A DNA stretch of 19,969 bases from Octopus sinensis. Its lineage: Eukaryota. Positions 1-9,585 of this stretch are shown here, one piece after another (position 1 is the stretch's first letter; every line of letters starts with the position of its first letter). Position numbers and translations under genes: made by a program. The notes under the pieces were generated by a model. The model did not search any database and was not told the origin of the DNA. It worked only from the letters and a program-made list of their open reading frames with translations. The stretch covers positions 1 through 19,969 of the forward strand of contig NW_021824097.1 in assembly GCF_006345805.1 (NCBI RefSeq), given 5' to 3'.

Positions 1-26
1 CTCTCTGTCGTTGTCTCTGTCTCTGT

Positions 27-77
<51 letters not shown>

Positions 78-214
78 ATCACATATTTATGTATTTATAT
101 ATGTGTTCTATCTCATATCTATGTGTGTATAAGTATGTGTGTGTATGCATGTTATATTTCTGTATGAATATGTGAGTGTTTATATGTATGTAATGTAGGT
201 GTGCTGCACATATG

Positions 215-261
<47 letters not shown>

Positions 262-429
262 AATGTATGTATGCATGTATGTTTTGCATGTGTGTGTTTA
301 TGTATGTGTATATATGTCATGTGTGTAATGCGTGTATAAGATGTATATATGTATGTACTGGACAAATTGGATTCTGATCCATGTATATTTATTATGTATT
401 CGATAGCTATTATACATACATACATACAT

Positions 430-506
<77 letters not shown>

Positions 507-1155
507 GGTGTGGTTGTGTAATGGTATGTGTTTCAACACATCCTTTCTTTCTTTTCCTCACTCTCTTCATCCTGACCTTCATCTCTATCTCTCCCCCCCT
601 CTCTCTCTCTCACACACACACACAGACAAACGCATACACATACGCACACGTGAAGATACATCACAAACATACACACTCACACAGGCACACACACACACAC
701 ACACACATGCACACACAATGTACACACAATGTACACACAGACCAGATTCTCTTTAAACTGTTCCACTCATCATTTCTATCCGCCTCTTCTTGCATCACAC
801 ACACACACACACACGCACACGCGCGCGCCACATGCACACGATATTCTCCATATTAGCCCTTCTCCTACCTCTAGTAATGTATGTCACTCTCTGTCTCCGT
901 GTTACAATCGTTCTTCTTACCTCTCACAAAACCCCCAACACAGCTTCTATTTTTCGTCTATAATTGCTTAATGGGAGACTTCATAGTGTAGAAGCTGGAG
1001 GGGCGGAAAGGCAGAGAGAGAGAAAGAGAGAGACAGACAGACAGACAGAGAGGGAGAGAGAGGGGGACCTGCTGTCACTCTGTCTCTCACTTTCACTTTA
1101 TTTCTGTCTGCTGCCTGTCCTATTTATCTCTACTCTCTCTCTCGCTCTCTCTCTT

Positions 1156-1187
<32 letters not shown>

Positions 1188-1277
1188 GTTTGCCTCTCTG
1201 ACTCTGTCTGCCTTGCCTGTATCTATCTGTCTGTCAGTCTGTCTGTCTGTCTCTCTCTCTCTCTCCTCTCTCTCTCT

Positions 1278-1313
<36 letters not shown>
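1..1313. repeat. Compound microsatellite block: (CT)n, (CA)n, (TA)n, (TACA)n, (GA)n, (GACA)n
   Basis: Directly visible dinucleotide and tetranucleotide tracts. They generate the HT/YI/CV/SL/RE low-complexity ORFs. Confidence 0.95.
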
Positions 1314-1314
<1 letters not shown>

Positions 1315-1486
1315 CAAGAGAGATGATTAACTAATAAATGATTATCTTATGGACTTCATTAACTTACAGCTAACTACGGGGTATAACGATGTGTGGAAAC
1401 AATTGTAGTGATTTAGAATAAAAACTGTCTGTCGTCATTCAGCCCATTTTCTATAATTCAGCTATATATATATATATATATATATA

Positions 1487-1715
1487 CAGGGGATGATTAA
1501 AAATGTTCCTGGCTTTGGGTAAAAAGAAAATACTGGGGGATCAGTTAATTGTGATTTTACTCAACATATTCCACTCTCAGATTTATGCTCCTATTGCAGC
1601 AGTCCTTTAGTTTTACCAAGCCCTGTAAAAGAACTCGGAAGATTAGCCATCCTATCCGACCAAACCAGGCCTTTTGCGACACACTTAAAGCCAGGAACTT
1701 TTCAGCATCTCTTCG
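1487..1715. mobile_element. Tc1/mariner-type MITE (~230 bp)
   Basis: Imperfect ~30-bp TIRs: left CAGGGGATGATTAAAAATGTTCCTGGCTTT; right end reverse-complemented CGAAGAGATGCTGAAAAGTTCCTGGCTTT. TA on both sides (1485-1486, 1716-1717). No coding capacity. Confidence 0.8.
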
Positions 1716-1723
1716 TATACACA

Positions 1724-2115
1724 TCTTTATATATAAAAGAAAGGTTGTGTGTCTGTCTACTCCGATTTAGATTCCTAACTACTCCCACATTTTGCAGTGT
1801 AGTTTAACCAAAACCGGGTATCTTATAGTCGTGATTCATATCAAGCCCTTCTGGGTATTAGCGCGCGTCTACGATGAGTCTACGATTTTAAAAATAATTT
1901 ACCATCATTTTTTTCCATTTTAATGCATATTTTTTAAATATAAGGGAAGTAACTCTCTAAAAATGTCTACGATGATTCAACGATTTAAAAAAAAATTACC
2001 ATAATTTTTTTTCCATTTTTAATGCATTTTTTGCTATTTTTTGGCTATAACTCTCTAAAAATGCTTTATAGTTATTTCCCTTACAAACCCGAGCAACGCC
2101 TGGCGATACTGCTAG
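1724..2115 (+). mobile_element. Non-autonomous Helitron
   Basis: 5' A|TCTTTATATATAAAAG. 3' GC-rich imperfect hairpin CCCGAGCAACGCCTGG (2088-2103) followed by CTAG|T (2112-2115). Inserted between A and T with no TSD. Internal ~97-bp tandem duplication (1868-1965 / 1965-2063). Confidence 0.85.
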
Positions 2116-2140
2116 TATTATTATATTTAGAAGGTTGTTT

Positions 2141-2314
2141 GAGAGTGACCATTGGTTTCACATCTACGAAGAGCTTAGCTGCACAGACGACTCGTCAGAC
2201 GCAAATGGCCGTAGGCACATAATCTCTCTATTGCTGGAGGGAGGAAAACGTCGAATCTAACGTGTCAGCTATACAGCTAAGCGCTTTATAGGTGCGAAAC
2301 CAATAGTTACTCTC
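2141..2314. mobile_element. Small foldback/MITE-like element with ~55-60-bp imperfect TIRs
   Basis: Left GAGAGTGACCATTGGTTTCACATCTACGAAGAGCTTAGCTGCACAG matches the reverse complement of the right end (GAGAGTAACTATTGGTTTCGCACCTATAAAGCGCTTAGCTGTATAG). No clear TSD. Confidence 0.7.
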
Positions 2315-2403
2315 TGACCGACCATAACAAACAAACTTCTAAATATACTACTGCTCTGATGTTTTGCAGTGTGCTTCTTTTTTGGATATATGAACTAATG
2401 ACA

Positions 2404-2447
<44 letters not shown>

Positions 2448-2448
<1 letters not shown>

Positions 2449-2591
2449 AAGATTAATCAGCCGAAATTGCGAAGATGATCCGGTTCTATACTGATGACTG
2501 AGGGCTTCGAATGTCCCGTCCTGTGGTTCTTGTGTCGTCTTCTAGGTGTTTCACGTTCTTGTCCCAGTATGTAATATATTTTTTACTTTTT

Positions 2592-2592
<1 letters not shown>
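2448..2592 (+). mobile_element. Interspersed repeat, copy 1 (possible Penelope-like terminal remnant)
   Basis: High-identity inverted copy at 12321-12460. Embedded in (CA)n. Contains CTGATGA (2491-2497) and a T-rich tail. Family assignment is inference. Confidence 0.6.
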
Positions 2593-2629
<37 letters not shown>

Positions 2630-2638
<9 letters not shown>

Positions 2639-2961
2639 TATATGGGTACAGGACGTCACCAATTGTGTAAACAACATGAAGTACGAAAACAAACGAGTTA
2701 AATACGTAAACGAGAGAACAAAAATGGAAAACAGGACAAGTAAACACAGAACTACCCTTCATCAGTTGTCGGTTGTCTATCTACTCCTCATATCGTCGTT
2801 GAATGATCGAAATGGGGAGTATATAGACAACCGACAACTGATGAAGGGTATTTCTGTGTTTTCCACTTTTGTTCTCTCGTTTATGTATTTAACTCGTTTG
2901 TTTTCGTACTTCATGCTGTTTACCCAGTTGGTGACGTCCTTCACCCATATATGCATATATA
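2630..2961. repeat. Long imperfect palindrome (~160-bp arms, ~12-nt loop), possible Penelope-like inverted terminal remnant
   Basis: 2630-2795 is the reverse complement of 2808-2961. The right arm has a ~16-nt deletion. Bounded by a TA tract on the left. Each arm carries CAACTGATGAAGGG. Confidence 0.85.
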
Positions 2962-3489
2962 AATGGGCTACAACAATTTGTAATCTTTCCATTCTATCAA
3001 TGTACCACTGGAACACCAACACATGTTAGATTAAATAAGGAAACCTTCTTCATTGAAAAATATAAGACAAAACTTAACCATTTCTAACATTTTTAAATAA
3101 GGAAACTCACCTCATTGGGAAAAAATATATAAAGCATTTTTGATTATCTCCCTTATACCGGAAATATCCCTAATTACCTTCCCCTACCTGGAACACCATA
3201 TTTCACAACATAGCGAAGACATGACACGATATAGATAAAGAAGTTTGAGAAATTTGAAAACAAAATACGAAACCGGTTATTTCTCCCAAAATTATGTTAC
3301 TATACACAAAATTTTCTAACATTTTTCTAACATAACGATTTAAATATATTCTTTAACCATATAACACAAGCCTTCTGTAGTTTTTTCACTCTTTTTTGTC
3401 TTTAATACATCCAACCACGTGCTTTCACATACCAACTCTCTCACCTATGTATATATATATATATATATATGTACCACGTGTCAGGTCGA

Positions 3490-3590
3490 CCGTTGGGCAA
3501 CATGAGACGAAGTGTTTTGCTCAAGAACATAACGCAGCGTCCGGTCTATGAATCGAAACCACTATCTCGCGATCATAAGTGCATCATTCC
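3490..3590 (-). mobile_element. Degenerate tRNA-derived SINE head (family C, CORE-like)
   Basis: Minus strand has a B-box-like GGTTTCGATTC followed by TTCTTGAGCAAAACACTT. Similar to 10481-10592. Confidence 0.55.
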
Positions 3591-3859
3591 TTCACACACA
3601 CACACACGCGTGCGCGCGCACACACACGCATGCGCGCGCGCACACACACACACACACGCACACACAAAGTTGTTAACTCGGAAAAGATATAATCTTAAGA
3701 ACAACTTAGACCTTTAGACTTTTGAATCTTAAAGTCACTTAGACTTATTTTCTGCTGGTTGCACTCTCAACAGATGCTAAGCACACAAATACTCCACGAA
3801 AGAGAGAAAGAGAGAAAGAGAGAGGAGAGAGAGGAGAAACAGGGAGGAGAAACAGAGAG

Positions 3860-3915
<56 letters not shown>

Positions 3916-4260
3916 GCTTGAGTAGAATTTTATCAGAAGCGAGTACTTTCTGAGATAGGACGTTACTAGTTCCGGGTACGATACGTGTACGATATACCTT
4001 CTGTTCCCTTAGCCTCCTCTTCTTTCTTTATTCTTATTGACCCCTATTAATGGAACACTTAGCTGTTTTTCGAGAGTGCCTCTGTGCACTCATGTTACCT
4101 GCTAGAAGTTACAGCCAGATTTTTCCAAGAATGTGGCATCCAGTAGTATCCTGTTGGCTCAGTTGCATTATGATTTCATCCCAGGTAAACGTATCCATGC
4201 AGCTATATTCAAGATGTTACTATTACGAGTCTTTGAAGTGACCTAATATGTATACATATA

Positions 4261-4425
4261 AAGGCGGCGAGCTGGCAGAAACGTTAGCACGCCGGGTGAA
4301 AAGCTTATCAGTATTTTGTTTGTCTTCATGTTCTGAGTTCAAATTAAGTACCAGTTACATACTGGGGTCGATCTAATTGACTGGTTTCCTCCCCAAAAGT
4401 TTCAGGCTTTGTGCCTGAAGTAGAA

Positions 4426-4428
<3 letters not shown>
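4261..4428 (+). mobile_element. SINE family A copy with internal deletion
   Basis: Head AAGGCGGCGAGCTGGCAGAAACGTTAGCACGCCGGG. The B-box GAGTTCAAATT is joined directly to AAGTACCAGTT, so ~45 bp of the core seen in the 8532 copy is missing. Confidence 0.85.
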
Positions 4429-4460
<32 letters not shown>

Positions 4461-4924
4461 GTATGTATGTATGTAGATGCCTACAGATGGAACGCATATT
4501 TTTGGTTAGTAAACACACCCACCTGGTACACTAAACTCCCCCTCCTCCTCTTACTACTACTACTACTACTACTTACCGTGCCCCCCCCGAAAAATCCCCT
4601 TCATTTTTGGTTTCCTTCCTCCATGACATTGATCTGGCCAACGCTGGGTTAGATTCGTCATTTCTCACAACAATCGAACCTTATTGAACTCTTTTTATCG
4701 ATCTCCTCCATTGACAAATTATTGCCGACGACACACAGACCATTCCTAGTCTTTTTCTTCTGTTTTGTTTGATTTTTTCCCTTTCCCTCTCCAGGTTTAA
4801 AGATTTCGTCCTGTAAAAGTGGTTCCCATCCTTTTTTACTTGTTTCTTTTACATTATCATCCATTTTGGAAAATCGATAACCCGTTTTTGTATATTTTTT
4901 CCCCTTAAGATAGTGGAAAATCGA

Positions 4925-5455
4925 TAAGAGTCGTTAGAGCATGGGATAGAATACGTTCTGGATATTTGTTCCAGCTCTTTACGATCTGAGTTCAAATACT
5001 GTCAAGGTCAACTTTATCTTTTTTTATCTTTTCGAGAGTCGATCAAAGTACCAATCGAGGGGAATGAATTAGGGATTTGTAAGAACATCAGACGACATGC
5101 CTTGCAGGGCTTGTTCTGGTTCTTTACGTCCCGAGTTCAAATCCTGTCGAGGTTCACTTTACTTTACATCTTCTCGGGGTTCGATAACACGAAGTCGAGG
5201 GTGATGAATTGTGGATTTGGCAGACTTGTTGGAACATCAGACGAGATCCCTTGCAATGTTTGATCTGGTTCTTTACGTTCCAAGTTCAAATCCTGTCGAG
5301 GTTCCCTTTTACCTTTCATCCTTTTGGGGTTCGATAAAACGAAATTGAAGGGTGATGAATTGCAATTTGATCAGTCTTGTTAGAGCATCAGTCCAGATGC
5401 TCATGCAGTGTTTGTTTTGGCTCTTGACGTTCCGAGTTCAAATCCTGTCTTTCAT
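4925..5455 (+). repeat. Four diverged ~145-152-bp tandem units derived from the SINE A 5' half
   Basis: GTTCAAAT B-box recurs at 4990, 5135, 5284 and 5436, each with matching upstream (GA(A/G)CAT...TTT(A/G)CG) and downstream (CTGTC...) context. Confidence 0.8.
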
Positions 5456-5496
5456 ACTTATGGTGGGTGTGAGTCGTTGAAAAAAAAAAAAAAGAC

Positions 5497-6059
5497 AACG
5501 TCAACTCTGGCGGAATTTGAACTCAGAACGCCTTCCTTATATTAATGGTTTCAAATTTTGACGCAAAGCCAGTTGTTTTAAGGGGAGGTTTTAGTTTATT
5601 TTATTGATCTCAGTACTCAAATGATACTTATTATATCGACCCCGAAAGGATGAAAGACAAAATTTTGAAACCTTTGAAAGACAAAAGTTTGATATAATGG
5701 AGGCGTTCTGAGTTCAAATTTCGTCGGAGTAAATTTTGTCCCCGACTGGATTTGAACTCAGAACGCCTTTACTATATTAAAGGTTTCAAATTTTGGTACA
5801 ATGCCATTAGTTTTATTGGAAAGGGGTTAGTATATACGATCGACCTCATACCCGACTGGTTCTTGATCTATCGACACCGAAAGGATCTTTTCGTCTCTTG
5901 GCACAAGGATCGAAATTTTTGTGGGAGGGAGCCAGTCGATTAGATCGACCCCAGTACGCAACTGGTGCTTAATTTATCGAAACCGAAAGGATGAAAGTTA
6001 AAGTCGATCCCGAAAGAATGAAAAAGAAAGTCGAAGTCAGCGGAATTTGAACTCAGAAC
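5497..6059 (-). mobile_element. Cluster of rearranged SINE A fragments, mostly minus strand, with one inverted piece at ~5692-5740
   Basis: Repeated ATTTGAACTCAGAAC (5515, 5750, 6045), ATCGACCCC and CGAAAGGATGAAAG motifs shared with full copies. Confidence 0.8.
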
Positions 6060-6311
6060 TCCCTGCCTTTATAAATGATTTCTGATTTAGATGTGTACCT
6101 TTGAGATACCTTACACGCAAGAAAACAAGCGCGCGCGCACAAGCACACACATACACACACACAAAAAAAAAAACTCGCACGTCCTGACATACATACGTAT
6201 ACACATATACACACATTTCTATCAATCGTACGCTTGTCGTATTGATAGACATGATGTCAGAAAAAATATACAAAATACATAACAAAAACAAAACTGATAA
6301 AAAAGAGCAGT

Positions 6312-6360
<49 letters not shown>

Positions 6361-6456
6361 CGCATACACACACATATACACACACGCACACAGTTCTGTA
6401 TGTCTTTTGCTTCCGTCTCTCCAGTAAAACAATGAGACACTATAAAATATATAAAT

Positions 6457-6515
<59 letters not shown>

Positions 6516-6695
6516 GTCACTCTTTTTCTTTGTCTATTTTTATATATTTTTTATCTCTGTAGCTCTCTCTCTCTCGGTCAATATGTCACTACATTTAATT
6601 GACAACATAATCTATTTTCTTCTACTTAATGGAAATCTCTACATAGGTCTGTGTGTGTTTATTGCCACATTCTATTTAATTCTATTATATATTAT

Positions 6696-6782
<87 letters not shown>

Positions 6783-6939
6783 TATGATGGTTGCTAGGAA
6801 GTACACGCACGACACACTATACAAAAGCTCGTCTGACTTCTGTACAATCGGAGCATGGAACTTATAGTAGTCCACATTTCAATTCTCTGTGTATGTGTGT
6901 GTGCGTATGCGTGTGTGTGTTTGTGTGTGTGTGTGTGTA

Positions 6940-7118
6940 GGTAAATCGAAAATAAAAACAACAAAAAAAGAGAACTGAAGTCAAAAGGGCGTTCAGAGTG
7001 AATGCATTAGGTTAACGCTCAATTTAAGATGAAAAAAAGAGTGGTGTGTGACGTTTCGAGCATGTCTCTTCGTCAGAAAGATGAAAGTGGACAGGTCCAG
7101 AGAGACGGAAACCAGAAG

Positions 7119-7121
<3 letters not shown>
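6940..7121 (-). mobile_element. Penelope-like terminal remnant carrying a hammerhead core
   Basis: Non-microsatellite island between (TG)n and (TA)n. Contains the hammerhead core at 7050-7076 followed on minus by a T-rich tail. PLE assignment is inferred from the known association of minimal hammerheads with Penelope-like elements. Confidence 0.55.
7050..7076 (-). ncRNA. Minimal hammerhead ribozyme core (stem I degenerate)
   Basis: Minus strand reads CUGACGA-A-GAG acaug CUC-GAAA-C-GUC. It has the conserved boxes, a 3-bp stem II and a collapsed self-complementary stem III (ACGU). The flanks (UCUUU / ACAC) no longer pair. Confidence 0.65.
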
Positions 7122-7169
<48 letters not shown>

Positions 7170-7638
7170 TACGTACGTTATAGTCTTACAAATATGTCAA
7201 TTTTACCTATTTCCCTGTAGATTGAAAGAAAAGTTATGAACAACCTTAATCGATTTTCGACAATTATTGCAGTGTCATCAGAGATGTGTCCAATACTTGA
7301 TCAATCCCCCCAGAGAAATAAATAGTCATTCTGTTTCTATGCACATCAAATCTAGTAGCTTTGGAGAACTGGACCTGCATATATGTATGTTTATATATAT
7401 ATATGTATGTATTCATGTGTGTATGTATGTGTGTGCGTGCCTCTGTGTGTGTGTATGTATGTATGTATGTATGCGTATGTGTGTAAATATATGTGTGTGT
7501 ATGTATGTGTCTATGTGTGTATGTATGTGTCTATGTGTGTGTGTGTATATATGTGTATGTATGGCACAGCATTTGTTTATTAAACTTTTGCAAGGAATAG
7601 GTTGATAGGAACTTCGAAGTTTCTGCTTATCTTCATAA

Positions 7639-7676
7639 GACGAAGGCGAGGAAACCGAAATTTCGAAGTCACTGTC
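7639..7676 (+). ncRNA. Hammerhead ribozyme remnant (8-nt deletion removes most of the stem I 5' strand and part of the CUGA box)
   Basis: GA[CAGTCTGA deleted relative to the partner copy]CGAAGGC GAGGAA ACC GAAA TTTCGAAG TC ACTGTC. Retains the GUC cleavage triplet (7668-7670). Confidence 0.65.
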
Positions 7677-7883
7677 ACCCGTTTCTTTTATAAACGTTTA
7701 ATAAATATGGTACTTTACTAAAAAAATGTATTGAGCTACCATTCAGTTTAATATTAGTATATAACTTGACATAAAAACAAACACTTGTACAATATACTGC
7801 AGTGGTGATACCCTGGTTTTTGGTCTCAGCTGACCAGCTTAAACTGTGCCAGTGAATCCAAGGCTATGCCCGAGTGTGTGTGT

Positions 7884-7929
7884 GACAGTGCCTTCGAAGT
7901 TTCGGCTTCCTCGCCTTCGTCAGACTGTC
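7884..7929 (-). ncRNA. Minimal type-I hammerhead ribozyme with mutated cleavage triplet
   Basis: Minus strand reads GACAGU CUGACGA A GGC gaggaa GCC GAAA CUUCGAAG GC ACUGUC. It has a 6-bp stem I, a 3-bp stem II and a palindromic stem III. The triplet is GGC instead of GUC. Confidence 0.8.
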
Positions 7930-8344
7930 TTATGAAACTTTGAAGTTCTTCTAAACCTCTTCCTTGTAAAACTTTAATAAACAAGCGCTGTGCTGTGCCA
8001 CACACATACATGAAATCAGGAACGGCGGAGAATGTGAAAGTATCAAACGGTCCAATTTATTTGAAGGTGTGACAGTTGGGTGTGTGACATTCCTTTAGAC
8101 AGGGTGGATCAAGACACAAGGTGATATCGGCCCAGTCATCGTGAGATAGGTTTAAGATTTTCATCAGGTATTACCCCAAAGAAATGACAATAATGATCCA
8201 AATACTAGCAACCAGTTATGGAATATTGGTTAGCCGATTCCTGAACAAAGCGTGGGAACCTCCTTTAAGGGGATCGACGTAAACGATTAAATTTCTCCAC
8301 GCAAAATTCCAGGCCTTGTGCATAAAGTGGAAAGAGATATTGTT

Positions 8345-8500
8345 ACGGACGAAATGCCTATCCGTTCTCACGTTCTGAGTTCAAATTCCGCCGTGTTCAA
8401 CTATGCCTTTTCATCCGTTCGGCATCGATAAATTAAGTATCAGTTGAGTACTGGGGGTAATGTAATCCACTATCTCCCTCCTATGCCTTCAGTAGAAAGG
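8345..8500 (+). mobile_element. Diverged 5'-truncated SINE A copy
   Basis: CGTTCTGAGTTCAAATTCCGCCG...GCCTTTTCATCC...TCGATAAATTAAGTATCAGTTGAGTACTGGGG matches family A. Confidence 0.75.
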
Positions 8501-8531
8501 ATCATCATCATCATCATCATTATTATTATCT

Positions 8532-8932
8532 AAGGCGGTGAGCTGACAGAAACGTTAGCGCGCCGGGCGAAATGCTTAGCGGTATTTCGTCTGCCGCTAC
8601 GTTTTGAGTTCAAATTCTGCCGACGTCGACTTTGCCTTTCATCCTTTCGGGGTCGATTAAATAAGTACCAGTTACGCACTGGGGTCGATATAATCGACTT
8701 AATCCGTTTGTCTGTCCTTGTTTGTCCTCTCTATGTTTAGCCCCTTGTGGGTAGTAAAGAAATAGGTATTTACTCTTGTTCTTTACGTTTTGAGTTCAAA
8801 TCTTGCCGAGTTCAAGTTTGTCTTTCATAAGAGCGAGGGTCAATAAAATTAAGTACCAGTTGAGTACTGCGGCTGTTATTATCTACTAAGCCCTTTCCCG
8901 CCATATTTGTGACCTTGTGCCTAAATTAGGAG
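8532..8932 (+). mobile_element. Full young SINE A copy (8532-8768) fused at GGTA to an older SINE A body (8765-8932)
   Basis: tRNA-like head with B-box GAGTTCAAATTC, core GACTTTGCCTTTCATCCTTTCGGGGTCGATTAAATAAGTACCAG and tail ...CCCCTTGTGGGTAGTAAAGAAATA. A second, diverged B-box/core follows. Confidence 0.9.
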
Positions 8933-9069
8933 CAGTTAATGTTGTTGTTGATGCTTCGATTTCTCGATCGATTCTGCTTCGAAGAGAATCGATCAGGTTT
9001 TAAGCTCTAAAGTTTTTAAAACTTTTATTCTTTTTTTTCTATTTATATGTTCCAAAAGAATAACATCTT

Positions 9070-9520
9070 TAATTTGTTAGTGTACGTATGTACGTGTTTG
9101 TATGTATGTGTGAGTCGTGTTTGCGTGTTTTTTTTTGTATGTGTGTGAATGCTTGTGCGTAATCTGTGAATATTAGTCTGTGCGTGTGTGTGTATGTGTG
9201 TTTTGTGTGTGTGCTTGTGTAAGTGTGTGTGTATGAGTGTTTTTGTGAATGTGTATGTTTTTGTATGTGCGTGTGCATGTGTGTATACGTGTATTTTTGT
9301 AAATATTTTTGTATGTGTGTATCTATGTGTGCTTATGAGTGTGTCTGTCTATGCGTTTGTAGCATGTATGTATGTATGTATGTATGTATGTATGTATGTA
9401 TGTATGTATGTATGTATTCGTATGCATGAAATGTATGTCTATATATGTGTGTATTCTTATGTATGAATGTATATATAAAGGCACACATATGTATGCATGC
9501 CTACATACATACACACGCAT
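9070..9520. repeat. Degenerate (TG)n / (TATG)n microsatellite block
   Basis: Directly visible. Confidence 0.9.
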
Positions 9521-9585
9521 GCAACAATAGGCGAATATACAATCTCTGCTTACCAAATTCATTCACAAGGCATTGATCGGCCCTG

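Larger units (their letters stand above)
7556..8010. mobile_element. Inverted pair of ~120-bp hammerhead-bearing repeats (Penelope-like) around a ~200-bp spacer
   Basis: 7562-7678 matches the reverse complement of 7882-8000 (GGCACAGC...TTGTTTATTAAA...CAAGGAA...GAACTTC...CGAAGGCGAGGAA...ACTGTCAC). Confidence 0.8.

Noticed and set aside
79-1314. Many 60-135 aa ORFs here and across the window (HTHT, YIYI, CVCV, RERE, SLSL)
   Set aside because: They are translations of microsatellites, which lack stop codons by composition.
2808-2850. Type II hammerhead fold from GAAA...CUGAUGA
   Set aside because: The intervening 25 nt cannot form stems III and I, so it is not called as a ribozyme.
2511-3029. 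172-aa ORF and antisense 81-aa ORF with similar peptides
   Set aside because: The similarity arises from the DNA palindrome. The ORF crosses a microsatellite and has no recognisable domain.
3000-3340. Short AT-rich direct repeats (TAAATAAGGAAAC, CTGGAACACCA, TTCTAACATTTT)
   Set aside because: Decayed local duplication with no termini or structure that supports a call.
4925-5455. CRISPR-like regularly spaced repeats
   Set aside because: Whole units are homologous with no unique spacers, they derive from a SINE, the context is eukaryotic, and there are no cas genes.
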